The notes under the pieces: model-generated
What the model saw: only the letters and a program-made list of their open reading frames with translations
Told to the model about the DNA's origin: nothing
Databases searched by the model: none
Position numbers and translations under genes: made by a program
Virus record (IMG/VR): IMGVR_UViG_3300035180_000343
Coordinates: 32,001 to 96,000 of that record
Source of the DNA: a virus
Length of the DNA stretch: 64,000 bases
Direction: 5' to 3' (one strand)
In this document: in pieces, positions 20,306 through 28,817 of the stretch
Position numbering within the stretch: the stretch's first letter is position 1
How the letters are laid out: each line of letters starts with the position of its first letter

Positions 20306-20613
20306 TGAGTGGAATGTTCTCGACTAGCCCAATAGGAAGTTGGTTGCGAGTAACTGCAAACTATACCGCAGTATCTGGCAACCGCATATCAGCCGACACA
20401 ACAGGTGGAGCGTTTACTATTACTCTTCCAGCTGGTCCATCAATGAACAATTATGTTGAGATTTCAGATGGCGGTGGTGCTTTTCAAGCTAACAACCTGA
20501 CAATTAGTCGGAACGGAAGCACCATCATGGGCCTTTCAGAAGACATGACGCTATCCACTAACAATGTCGGCGTTGGCCTTGTTTACAATGGAACTACCTG
20601 GAGAATCTACTAA
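20305..20613 (+). CDS. Small tail-fibre module protein
   Basis: ADTTGGAFTITLPAGP..TISRNGSTIMGL, paralogous to the C-terminus of 11658..12947; TAATG coupling. Confidence 0.65.
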   Translation: MSGMFSTSPIGSWLRVTANYTAVSGNRISADTTGGAFTITLPAGPSMNNYVEISDGGGAFQANNLTISRNGSTIMGLSEDMTLSTNNVGVGLVYNGTTWRIY

Positions 20614-21581
20614 TGAGTAACCTGAAGCAATTTCTTAACCCTGGTTTCGGCCGTAAGCAAGTTATGTATGTAACGACTAGCCAGACAATCACTGCGCAAA
20701 TTTCTGGAATGTATCGTATTACAGCGATTGGCGCAGGTGGGAGTGGCGCAGCGAAGTCGTCGTCCTCTTCATGTAATGCTTCCGGCGGTGGCGCTGGCGG
20801 TACGTGTATTAAAGAAATGTATATCGCGGCGGGAACATCCATTGTTTGCACGATTGGGGCTGGCGGTGCGGCTGTTGCTCCAATTGCTGGCGGTGCGGCA
20901 AATGGTAATGTAGGGGGAAATACAACAGTTGTTATTGGTTCTACGACCCTGACAGCCAATGGCGGTGGGGGCGGATTGCAATCTGGTGGAACTGCTTCGG
21001 GTGCGTCTGGTGGAACTGCTTCTGGTGGGGACGTAAACCTGACAGGTGGGGGTAGCGGTGTAGCCAACGCAGGAACTCTTGGTGGCGCAACAGGTGGTGG
21101 GGCCATAAACGTTGGTTTTGGAGCCTTTGCCAGTGGAAGTGTTGGAATTGGTGGATATGTTAGTGGCGGAGCAAGCCCATTCGCAGCTTCAATATCCGCT
21201 GATGGTGCCACCACTGGCGCTGGTGGAGCCGGTGCTGGTGGACCCAATAATGGCGCTACTGGTGGACCGAATGTACTTGGCAAAACAGACGGCTCCTATC
21301 CTATAACATTAGCTTATAGTGTAATTCCTATATTCGGTGGTGGTGGCAGCGGCGACGGCACCATCGTCGCCGGTGATGGTGGTGGCGGCGGCACCACCGT
21401 CACCATCGGTGCCGCCAATGGTGGATTTGGCGCTGGCGGAGGAGCTATTAATACCTCCGTCAGCAATCCCGCCGGCAATGGCGGCAGAGGGGCTGGCGGA
21501 GGCGGCGCCGTCAATACTGGTGCTAACGCTATAACCTCTGGTGCTGGCGGTAACGGCATAGTAATTTTGGAGATCTTTTGA
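20613..21581 (+). CDS. Glycine-rich tail/receptor-binding protein
   Basis: ITAIGAGGSG..GGGAGG..GGNGIVILE glycine-rich domain. Confidence 0.75.
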   Translation: MSNLKQFLNPGFGRKQVMYVTTSQTITAQISGMYRITAIGAGGSGAAKSSSSSCNASGGGAGGTCIKEMYIAAGTSIVCTIGAGGAAVAPIAGGAANGNVGGNTTVVIGSTTLTANGGGGGLQSGGTASGASGGTASGGDVNLTGGGSGVANAGTLGGATGGGAINVGFGAFASGSVGIGGYVSGGASPFAASISADGATTGAGGAGAGGPNNGATGGPNVLGKTDGSYPITLAYSVIPIFGGGGSGDGTIVAGDGGGGGTTVTIGAANGGFGAGGGAINTSVSNPAGNGGRGAGGGGAVNTGANAITSGAGGNGIVILEIF

Positions 21582-21934
21582 TGAGATACGAAATCCTTGA
21601 TGCAGTAGACGGTAATGTGGTCAATACAATTGAGGCCAGCGAAGATTTTTGTGCCGAGCACTATCCATTTTATAGACTGGTCAAAGAACCAATCGTGACT
21701 ACTCCCAGTGTTCGCACACTAACCAAACTTGAGTACATGAGCCGCTTTACAGATGCGGAACTCGCTGCAATTTATACGGCAGCCAAATCGAGTGTTCAGG
21801 TTGAAGTTTGGCTAGACAAGTTCAAACTCGCAGAGGAAATAAACCTCGATGACCCGTCAACAATCGCTGGAGTGAAGGCATTGGAAGCTGCTAAATTGCT
21901 TGCCACAGGGCGTTCGACAGAAATCTTGGCTTAA
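21578..21934 (+). CDS. Tail-fibre assembly/chaperone-like protein
   Basis: LTKLEYMSRFT.AE..AI..A..F.LAEEINLDDP family, which usually follows fibre genes. Confidence 0.55.
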   Translation: MMRYEILDAVDGNVVNTIEASEDFCAEHYPFYRLVKEPIVTTPSVRTLTKLEYMSRFTDAELAAIYTAAKSSVQVEVWLDKFKLAEEINLDDPSTIAGVKALEAAKLLATGRSTEILA

Positions 21935-21987
21935 GAAATGACAACCACTAGAAGTAGGATCGCCACTGATCGTTCAGCGTAAATAAG

Positions 21988-22275
21988 ATGGAAAAGATTA
22001 AGTTATTCTGGAAAATATTAAATGAATCCCTCGAGGGATTCTGGGTCATTCTTGATCGTGGAATGGTCGTTCGTCGTGCTTCGTATGTCGTTATGCTCTA
22101 TATGACCACCTACTTCATAAACTGGTCATTGCATTTCGCTGAGACTAGCACAAGAACAGGAACAGATATTGCTGCTATCATCGCCGCAATTGGTGTACCG
22201 TTGTCTGCTTTACAAGGAGTCGTTATGAAAATCTATAGCGACTCGAGAACTCCCACCAACACGCAACAACAATAG
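21988..22275 (+). CDS. Putative holin / membrane protein
   Basis: Two hydrophobic segments, 95 aa; CGTAAATA late-like motif just upstream. Confidence 0.5.
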   Translation: MEKIKLFWKILNESLEGFWVILDRGMVVRRASYVVMLYMTTYFINWSLHFAETSTRTGTDIAAIIAAIGVPLSALQGVVMKIYSDSRTPTNTQQQ

Positions 22276-22287
22276 TGTTAATTAATT

Positions 22288-22758
22288 TTGGAAAACTTAG
22301 CCGTGGTTGAACTTAACAAAAGACGAGCAACTGACAATATTGCTGAAAATCAATCGAAGATTTTAGATTTAATAGAGCAAGAGAACGACCCTAAAGATCG
22401 TGCATTCTTAATTGTTCTCCAACAAATAAATGCGTCTCTTATTGCGAACACGACGACGATCAATGATATTGCAGAAAAACTCGACACTCACTTGACTAAA
22501 TATGAATCTCATACTAGACGAGAGCAAGAGCTAATTGATACTGGGAAGGGGATGTGGAGAGTTGGCGCATGGATTCTTGGAATCGTACAAACGATTGCAA
22601 TTGCCGCAATCGGGTTTGTCTTTAATAACATTGAAGAGTTGAAGAAAACAGAATCAATGATTATTTCGAGAATTTCTGTCATTGAGGATCAACAAAGCAA
22701 ACGATGGTCTCTTCAGCAAAACCCACAACAAACTCCACAACAAAACCAATCTCAATGA
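22288..22758 (+). CDS. Coiled-coil membrane protein (possible lysis accessory)
   Basis: Coiled coil then one TM (VGAWILGIVQTIAIAAIGFVF); TTG start. Confidence 0.5.
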   Translation: MENLAVVELNKRRATDNIAENQSKILDLIEQENDPKDRAFLIVLQQINASLIANTTTINDIAEKLDTHLTKYESHTRREQELIDTGKGMWRVGAWILGIVQTIAIAAIGFVFNNIEELKKTESMIISRISVIEDQQSKRWSLQQNPQQTPQQNQSQ

Positions 22759-22847
22759 TTCGTTGTCCGATTTGTGGACAATTGTATCAGAAGATCTACA
22801 GTTGGCAAGAAATTTGTATTAAGTGTAAAGTGAGTAATGGCAGCTAA
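22755..22847 (+). CDS. 30-aa CxxC..CxxC zinc-finger micro-ORF
   Basis: Hand translation MIRCPICGQLYQKIYSWQEICIKCKVSNGS*; ATGA overlap upstream and overlap with the TerL start downstream. Confidence 0.5.
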   Translation: MIRCPICGQLYQKIYSWQEICIKCKVSNGS

Positions 22848-23235
22848 TCTACCCGCCCCACAAAAAAAGACCTATCTTGGCACGAATCTAAAAGCGGCTG
22901 GAGTCGCAATCAACTATGAACCTTGGATGATTGACGAAATCACCAAGTGCATGGATGACCCAATTTATTTCGTCAAGACTTATGTTAAAATAGTAACCCT
23001 AGATAATGGACTTCAACCGTTCCTCTTATATCCATTTCAAGAAGATCTGATAAAACTGTTCCACGAGAATCGTTTCGTTTGTGCAAAGACTGGCAGGCAG
23101 AATGGAAAGTGTTGTTCTGAAAATACTATTGTGAAGATTAAAAACAAAACTTCTGGCGAAATAGTCGAACTCACAATGGGAGAATTGTATGCGTGGCAAA
23201 AGTTTAGGCAATCGGTCAATGCTTCAACTTTCTGA
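22837..23235 (+). CDS. gp17: Terminase large subunit gp17, N-extein plus N-intein fragment
   Basis: KCMDDPIYFVKTYVKI..F.LYPFQ..GRQNGK (Walker A) then intein block A CCSENTIV. Confidence 0.93.
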   Translation: MAANLPAPQKKTYLGTNLKAAGVAINYEPWMIDEITKCMDDPIYFVKTYVKIVTLDNGLQPFLLYPFQEDLIKLFHENRFVCAKTGRQNGKCCSENTIVKIKNKTSGEIVELTMGELYAWQKFRQSVNASTF

Positions 23236-23581
23236 CATAGTAGAACGAAAGTTCGTCGATTCAATCGAAATATCTGACTGGGAAATTGAAACCGAGTCTG
23301 GTTGGGTTGATATCACGCATATTAACAAAACTATTGAATATGATGTATATAAATTAAATACGTTGAATTGTTCGATTGAATGTGCAGATACTCATATTGT
23401 TTTTAGAGACGACCATTCGGAAGTTTTTGTCAAAGATTTGATTCCTGGTGATGTTATTATTGGACAATATGGCAAAGAAATAGTTATAGGGGTAACCAAA
23501 ACCGACAGGAAAGAACATATGTATGATCTTTCCGTTAGTGGCAATCATACATTCTTTGCGGAAGGATTGCTCCATCATAAT
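23110..23581 (+). mobile_element. Atypically split intein in TerL: IntN 41 aa (23110-23232), IntC about 121 aa (23219-23581)
   Basis: C1 right after GK; block B ECADTH; block F/G MYDLSV..LHHN followed by +1 Thr; two overlapping reading frames. Confidence 0.9.
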
Positions 23582-24964
23582 ACTCAAACAACTGTAGCAT
23601 TTCTTCTCTGGTTCACTCTTTTTAATGAAGACAAGACGTGTGCAATTCTAGCGAACAAAGCCTCAACTGCTAGACAGATTTTAGCGAGATATAAGTTATC
23701 GTTCGAATATCTTCCAGACTGGTTGCAGCAAGGTGTTGTGGAATGGAACAAGGGTTCTGTTGAGCTTGGGAATGGATGTAGAATAATGGCTTCATCTACG
23801 AGTTCAAGCGCAATTCGTGGTGAATCAATTTCGTTCTTGATGTTGGATGAGTTTGCGTTCGTTCCAACAAACATCGCCGAAGACTTCATGGAGTCGGTAT
23901 ATCCAACGATTTCTTCTGGTGTTTCATCAAGAATCATCATCACCTCAACTCCAAACAAGATGAACCACTTTTATAAACTCTACATGGATGCGAAAGAAGG
24001 AAGATCGGATTATGTCCATTATGAGGCAACATGGAGAGCAGTTCCATGGAGAGATGAAGAGTGGATGCGACAGACGATCGCTAATATTGGTGAAGCATCG
24101 TTCCTTCAGGAGTTCGAAGGAAACTTCATGGGTGGCACGGATACCCTGATTGCTCCAGCAGTATTGGCTACGCTAACATATCAAACTCCACTTGTAGTTT
24201 CTGATATTGGTTTAACTGTTTATGAAAAACCAATTGATGGTCACACATACTTCATGACTGTCGATACGTCGAGAGGAACTGGGAATGACTATACTGCAGC
24301 AAACGTTATTGACATCTCTTCGTTTCCATACAAACAAGTAGCTTTGTTCAGAAACAATTCGCTCAACCAATATGTTCTTCCAGAACCGTTGATTGAAATT
24401 GCGAAACAGTATAATGATGCATATATGATTCTAGAGTTGAATGATGCTGGAGAAGGTGTAGCAAATTCAATCTTCTTTGATTTTGAATATGAAAACCTGT
24501 TATGGATTGGAAAGAAGAATGGCAAGTTTTCTCTTGGATCTTCACATAGTGCTTTGCCTGGTATAAGAACAACGGTTTCAACTAAGAGATCATTTTGTGC
24601 CGATTTTAAAGCGATGGTCGAATCTGGTAAACTTATAATTAACGACTTCGAAACAATTAAAGAAATGTCGACGTTCGTTCGTAAAGGCATAACTGGAAAC
24701 AGAATTGAAGCTGAAGACGGAATGCACGATGACATCGTGATGAGTCTTGCTATCTTTGCGTGGGTAGCAACTCAAGATTTTTTCAAAGAACTGTTCGATT
24801 CTAACTTGATGAAAAACATTAGAGACGAACAACGATCCTTAGTTGAAGAAGAACTCGCCCCAATTGGGTTCTTTTCTCACATCGACCCAGAAGAAGAACT
24901 GGTTGGGTTTGAACGTGCAGACACAATCAAACCCGAAGAGCTCAAAACTTGGGATCAAGTTTAG
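23219..24964 (+). CDS. gp17: Terminase large subunit gp17, C-intein plus C-extein
   Basis: ILANK..A, IRGESISFLMLDEFAF, STPN.MNHFY, VDTSRG..DY, HDDIVM; likely start ATG 23219. Confidence 0.93.
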   Translation: MLQLSDIVERKFVDSIEISDWEIETESGWVDITHINKTIEYDVYKLNTLNCSIECADTHIVFRDDHSEVFVKDLIPGDVIIGQYGKEIVIGVTKTDRKEHMYDLSVSGNHTFFAEGLLHHNTQTTVAFLLWFTLFNEDKTCAILANKASTARQILARYKLSFEYLPDWLQQGVVEWNKGSVELGNGCRIMASSTSSSAIRGESISFLMLDEFAFVPTNIAEDFMESVYPTISSGVSSRIIITSTPNKMNHFYKLYMDAKEGRSDYVHYEATWRAVPWRDEEWMRQTIANIGEASFLQEFEGNFMGGTDTLIAPAVLATLTYQTPLVVSDIGLTVYEKPIDGHTYFMTVDTSRGTGNDYTAANVIDISSFPYKQVALFRNNSLNQYVLPEPLIEIAKQYNDAYMILELNDAGEGVANSIFFDFEYENLLWIGKKNGKFSLGSSHSALPGIRTTVSTKRSFCADFKAMVESGKLIINDFETIKEMSTFVRKGITGNRIEAEDGMHDDIVMSLAIFAWVATQDFFKELFDSNLMKNIRDEQRSLVEEELAPIGFFSHIDPEEELVGFERADTIKPEELKTWDQV

Positions 24965-25037
24965 AATTCTTTTTGATCTTCGATCTCCCGCACGTTCTCC
25001 AAAAAAGTATCTTCGCCAGTATCTCACTCCACTTCTT

Positions 25038-25250
25038 TCATTTCATCATCTCTGCAGTATATTCAACAAGTTCAGCAATTTCAACAAGTTCAACAAGTTT
25101 GTGTGCCATTTCGATTGCCCATTCTGGACTACAATAACCATTCTCGTCTGTTTTTCCTCGTGTTTCTAGTTCTCGAGTTAAATCTTCGAAGAATTGTTCT
25201 ACTCGAAAGTAGGTATAACCAAAACTTCCACCGCTCATCATAACCTCCAA
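25038..25250 (-). CDS. Hypothetical early protein
   Basis: Lies directly downstream of a consensus sigma70-type promoter. Confidence 0.55.
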   Translation of the reverse strand: MEVMMSGGSFGYTYFRVEQFFEDLTRELETRGKTDENGYCSPEWAIEMAHKLVELVEIAELVEYTAEMMK

Positions 25251-25271
25251 TTGTTAGTTGACTTAAGTTAG

Positions 25272-25300
25272 ATTATATAGCAAGACAGAAAGAATGTCAA
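25272..25300 (-). promoter_or_regulatory. Early sigma70-type promoter TTGACA-17-TATAAT
   Basis: Perfect consensus and spacing on the - strand. Confidence 0.85.
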
Positions 25301-25410
25301 GTCTTTTTGTGGTTGATTTAAAATCTTTGTCGACGCAAGAATAAATAACCATGCGACACGATGAGTTTTGACAGGTTTTTTTAGTATTTTGACATGTCTG
25401 ACTATTAGGA

Positions 25411-25446
25411 AACAGAAAAAGACGTCATTTAAACGTCTTTTCTGTT
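25411..25446. terminator. Bidirectional-type hairpin terminator
   Basis: aacagaaaaagacgt-catttaa-acgtcttttctgtt inverted repeat downstream of the ART-like cluster. Confidence 0.7.
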
Positions 25447-25528
25447 AAGTCATTGATTCTAAAGAATAAATCTTACTTTAAGTTAATCGTATAACTAATT
25501 GATTCTAAAGTAGAATAGTACATGAGGT

Positions 25529-26317
25529 TTATTTTTTGAACTCATTACACAATGATTCGAAAACGCTTTCACCGAGGCATAGAACTTTTCCGCCAATCCA
25601 CATTTCTGTTTTAGGGCTTGTTGTCGATCTCTTTTCATATTGTTTTGGAGTTAGCAATTCGAATTCTAGATTGTCATATATTTTTCTGACTTTATTGACA
25701 AAATCACCCAATAAGCTCTCTATTGGGCTGCCTTTAACGCCATATTCTACCGAATCTCTAAATTTTTCGTCGGTTTTTAGTTTCTTATCAAAATCAATAA
25801 ATGACTGCCAATTGGTATCCGAAAGTCCAAATTTTCTAAGCATATTAAAATAACTATTTGCACTTACTAGGCCCGTTCTTTCATTTCCCATAACAATTGA
25901 TTTATCCCATATATCTGGAGCATTGACTACACCAATTTTGGCGTCGTTAAATGGTATGATTGCCATAGGGGGTCCATATTCTTTAGCAGTTTCTATATTA
26001 TTCGCACAAATGAGCGATTGACTTCTTTTTGGATAATTTTTGTATCTTGGATGATTGTCAATAATTAACGTGTACCAATTACTCATGGCTGCACTTTTTC
26101 TCTCAGATTTCGTTGTGTCAACGATAGCAACTCCATCTTTTCCTAAGATTGAATCTTGTTGCTTTTCTCCTCTCCATATTGGAGTCTTAGATTCGAACAT
26201 CCATAGCGAATCGGAACAGTTCTTTTTAACGACTTCGATTGCTTCTTGTAAATCAAGCGGAGTTGATTTAATTGGGGTCACTGATGCTTCTTGAATATAT
26301 TGTTTAAATGTTTTCAT
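25529..26317 (-). CDS. Capsid-targeted ART-fold-like protein, paralog 1
   Basis: MKTFKQYIQE N-terminus; IWRGE, SLICAN and TEMWI match an R-S-E ADP-ribosyltransferase layout. Confidence 0.6.
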   Translation of the reverse strand: MKTFKQYIQEASVTPIKSTPLDLQEAIEVVKKNCSDSLWMFESKTPIWRGEKQQDSILGKDGVAIVDTTKSERKSAAMSNWYTLIIDNHPRYKNYPKRSQSLICANNIETAKEYGPPMAIIPFNDAKIGVVNAPDIWDKSIVMGNERTGLVSANSYFNMLRKFGLSDTNWQSFIDFDKKLKTDEKFRDSVEYGVKGSPIESLLGDFVNKVRKIYDNLEFELLTPKQYEKRSTTSPKTEMWIGGKVLCLGESVFESLCNEFKK

Positions 26318-26329
26318 TTTGAACTCGTC

Positions 26330-26371
26330 TTCAACTACCACGCCCCAAAGGCCAAGATTTTATAGCGCCGT
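26330..26371 (-). mobile_element. 42-nt mini IS200/IS605 derivative (fused left and right ends)
   Basis: acggcgctataaaatcttggcctttggggcgtggtagttgaa aligns ungapped with the element at 29261 and with the tnpB element ends. Confidence 0.8.
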
Positions 26372-26373
26372 CG

Positions 26374-27150
26374 TTATAATATGGTTTCAAAAACTTCTTC
26401 ACTAAGAGCCACGACTTTTCCACTAATCCACATTTCTGTTTCGCGTCGTCTTTTCTTTGCTCTTTCTTCATATTGTTTTGGAGTTAGCAATTCGAATCCT
26501 AGATTGTCATATAGTCCTCTAATTTTAACAATAAAATCATCAAATAAGCTCTTTAAAGGTTTGCTTTCAGCATCATCTTCTACTTCCTCTCTAAATTTTT
26601 TATCGGTTTTCAGTTTCTTGTCAAAATCAACGAACGATTGCCAGTTAGTATCAGAAAGTCCGAATTTTTTAAGCGAATCAAAAGCCTTATTTGCTACTTC
26701 GACGTCCATTTTTTTGCCGCCTATAATAACTGATTTATACCATATATCTGGATCATTAACTACTCCAATTTTAGCATCGTTAAACGGTATAACTGCCATG
26801 GGTGCTCCAAAGTCTTCAGCTCTTTCTATATTACTCGTGCAGATAAGCGATTGACTTCTTTTTGGATAGTCTTTATATTTTGGGCTATTGTCGATAATTA
26901 ACGTATACCAATTACTTGTATTTTGACTTTTCCGTTCCGATTTTGTTGTGTCAATAATACCAGCCTCAGTTTTTCCTAGAATTACATCCATATCATATTC
27001 ACCTCTCCATATTGTTCTTCTGCGTTTAAACATCCACAACGAATCGGAGCAGTTCTTTTTAATAATTTCTTCTGCTTTTTCTAGACTTAGCTTAGTTGAT
27101 TTAATTGGAGTTACAGATGCTTCTTGAATATATTGTTTAAATGTTTTCAT
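26374..27150 (-). CDS. Capsid-targeted ART-fold-like protein, paralog 2
   Basis: MKTFKQYIQE; IWRGE, SLICTSN, TEMWI. Confidence 0.6.
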   Translation of the reverse strand: MKTFKQYIQEASVTPIKSTKLSLEKAEEIIKKNCSDSLWMFKRRRTIWRGEYDMDVILGKTEAGIIDTTKSERKSQNTSNWYTLIIDNSPKYKDYPKRSQSLICTSNIERAEDFGAPMAVIPFNDAKIGVVNDPDIWYKSVIIGGKKMDVEVANKAFDSLKKFGLSDTNWQSFVDFDKKLKTDKKFREEVEDDAESKPLKSLFDDFIVKIRGLYDNLGFELLTPKQYEERAKKRRRETEMWISGKVVALSEEVFETIL

Positions 27151-27163
27151 TTTCAATATTGTC

Positions 27164-27226
27164 CTATTGAGTTGATTTAATTGGAGTTATTGATGCTTCT
27201 TGAATATATTGTTTAAATGTTTTCAT
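27164..27226 (-). pseudogene. Truncated fourth paralog start (MKTFKQYIQEASITPIKSTQ*)
   Basis: Near-exact copy of the first 19 codons of the paralogs, then TAG. Confidence 0.7.
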
Positions 27227-28013
27227 TTTTGAACTCGTTACATAATGATTCGAAAATGCTTTCACTGAGACATAGAACTTTTCCACCAATCCATAATTCC
27301 GTGTTTTTTTCAGGTGGGTTTTCTCCATATTGTTTTGGAGTTAGCAATTCGAATCCTAGATTATCATACATTTTTCTAACTTTATTGACAAAATCATCCA
27401 ATAAGCTCTCTAAAGGTTTGCCTTCAACACTAACACTTTTTTCTACTGAATCTCTAAATTTTTTGTCGGTTTTCAGTTTCTTGTCAAAATCAACGAACGA
27501 TTGCCAATTGGTATCGGAAAGCCCAAATTTTTTAAGAATATCAAAATAATCATTTATATCTGAAATATATGTTCTTTTGCCTCCGAAAACAACTGATTTA
27601 TCCCATATATCTGGAGCATTGACTACTCCGATTTTAGCATTATTAAATGGTATAATTGCCATGGGTGATCCGAATGGTCCGGTGGTTGCTATTTTGTTCG
27701 TACAAATTAGCGATTGATTTCTTTTTGGGAATTCTTTATATCTTGGATGATTGTCAATAATTAACGTATACCAATTACTTGTATTCTGACTTTTTCGTTC
27801 AGATTTTGTTGTGTCAACGATGGCAACTCCATCTTTTCCTAAGATTGAATTAAGATCATTTTCACCTCTCCATATCGAAGTCTTGGATTTGAACATCCAT
27901 AATGAATCGGAACAGTTCTTCTTAATGACTTCGATTGCTTCTTGTAAATCAATCGGAGTCGATTTAATTGGAGTTATTGATGCTTCTTGAATAAATTGTA
28001 TAAATGTTTTCAA
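27213..28013 (-). CDS. Capsid-targeted ART-fold-like protein, paralog 3
   Basis: TTG start coupled to the upstream stop; (M)KTFIQFIQE; IWRGE, SLICTN, TELWI. Confidence 0.6.
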   Translation of the reverse strand: MKTFIQFIQEASITPIKSTPIDLQEAIEVIKKNCSDSLWMFKSKTSIWRGENDLNSILGKDGVAIVDTTKSERKSQNTSNWYTLIIDNHPRYKEFPKRNQSLICTNKIATTGPFGSPMAIIPFNNAKIGVVNAPDIWDKSVVFGGKRTYISDINDYFDILKKFGLSDTNWQSFVDFDKKLKTDKKFRDSVEKSVSVEGKPLESLLDDFVNKVRKMYDNLGFELLTPKQYGENPPEKNTELWIGGKVLCLSESIFESLCNEFKNENI

Positions 28014-28744
28014 TTTCGATACCACCCTTCAACTTTCTTGGATAACACGTCCATTGACATCAACTCTGGGGTTAGATATTTATATTTTTCTGCTTTCATT
28101 TTTTCTATTATTCTATTGCCAATTGGATTGTCAATAGGCTTGGAAAAGAACGATTGGGTTTCCTTGAACGCCGCAAGCATTTGAGCATCGCCAAGAGAAT
28201 CGGAATCGTTTTCAACTTGTTTAAAAAATCCTACCTTTGTTTTCAAATATTTAACGTTTTCGTCGTTTCTTGAGTTTACTTCGCGAATAAAATCCTCGTT
28301 GACGTGCCGACCAATTAATTTCGCACGTTCCTGTGCTCGTTTGATTGCGGTTTCCAATGAAGTATGTACGAAAACAACACCAATGTCATATCCAAGCGAT
28401 TCGAGAATACCCATTCGATTGAGAATATTAGATACATCGTTTGACGTACCATCAATGAACAAGGGCAACATACTATTTAGATATTGCGTTAACATTTCTT
28501 TTGTCATTCGTTTTGTGGTATCTTCAAATTCTTTCCAAGTGTCGGATTTAATTTCCTTCTGCCATTTGGATGCCAAAAATTCTGATGCTTTGTCGGTATT
28601 GACTATTTTTGGACTAATCGTGCCGTTAAGTTGTTTTATAGTATAGCTCTTGCCTGCTCCAGGGAGCCCGACAACGAAAATGGCTTTAAAAATGCCCTTG
28701 TCGTTGATGCTTTCGCTTAGAAATTCTTTAAATGTTGCGATCAT
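28010..28744 (-). CDS. P-loop kinase (zeta-toxin/AAA_33-like) with CTS-like N-terminus
   Basis: KAIFVVGLPGAGKS Walker A, FIDGT, TSLETAIKRAQER; MIATFKEFLSE start. Confidence 0.8.
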   Translation of the reverse strand: MIATFKEFLSESINDKGIFKAIFVVGLPGAGKSYTIKQLNGTISPKIVNTDKASEFLASKWQKEIKSDTWKEFEDTTKRMTKEMLTQYLNSMLPLFIDGTSNDVSNILNRMGILESLGYDIGVVFVHTSLETAIKRAQERAKLIGRHVNEDFIREVNSRNDENVKYLKTKVGFFKQVENDSDSLGDAQMLAAFKETQSFFSKPIDNPIGNRIIEKMKAEKYKYLTPELMSMDVLSKKVEGWYRN

Positions 28745-28817
28745 AGTGATGATGTCATCTAGTTTGGGTTATATATTTATGGTTGGCGATTAGGCCAATC
28801 TTTGTTCAACTAGATGA

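Noticed and set aside
20594-21661. Long reverse-strand Pro/Ala-rich ORFs (20594..21283, 21314..21661) and the many other antisense ORFs in the track
   Set aside because: They are shadows of glycine-rich or otherwise biased sense genes; they have no RBS or family motifs.
23189-23218. ORF-track start at 23189 for the TerL C-part
   Set aside because: The extra MRGKSLGNRS is out-of-frame overlap with IntN; ATG 23219 fits an IntC start better.
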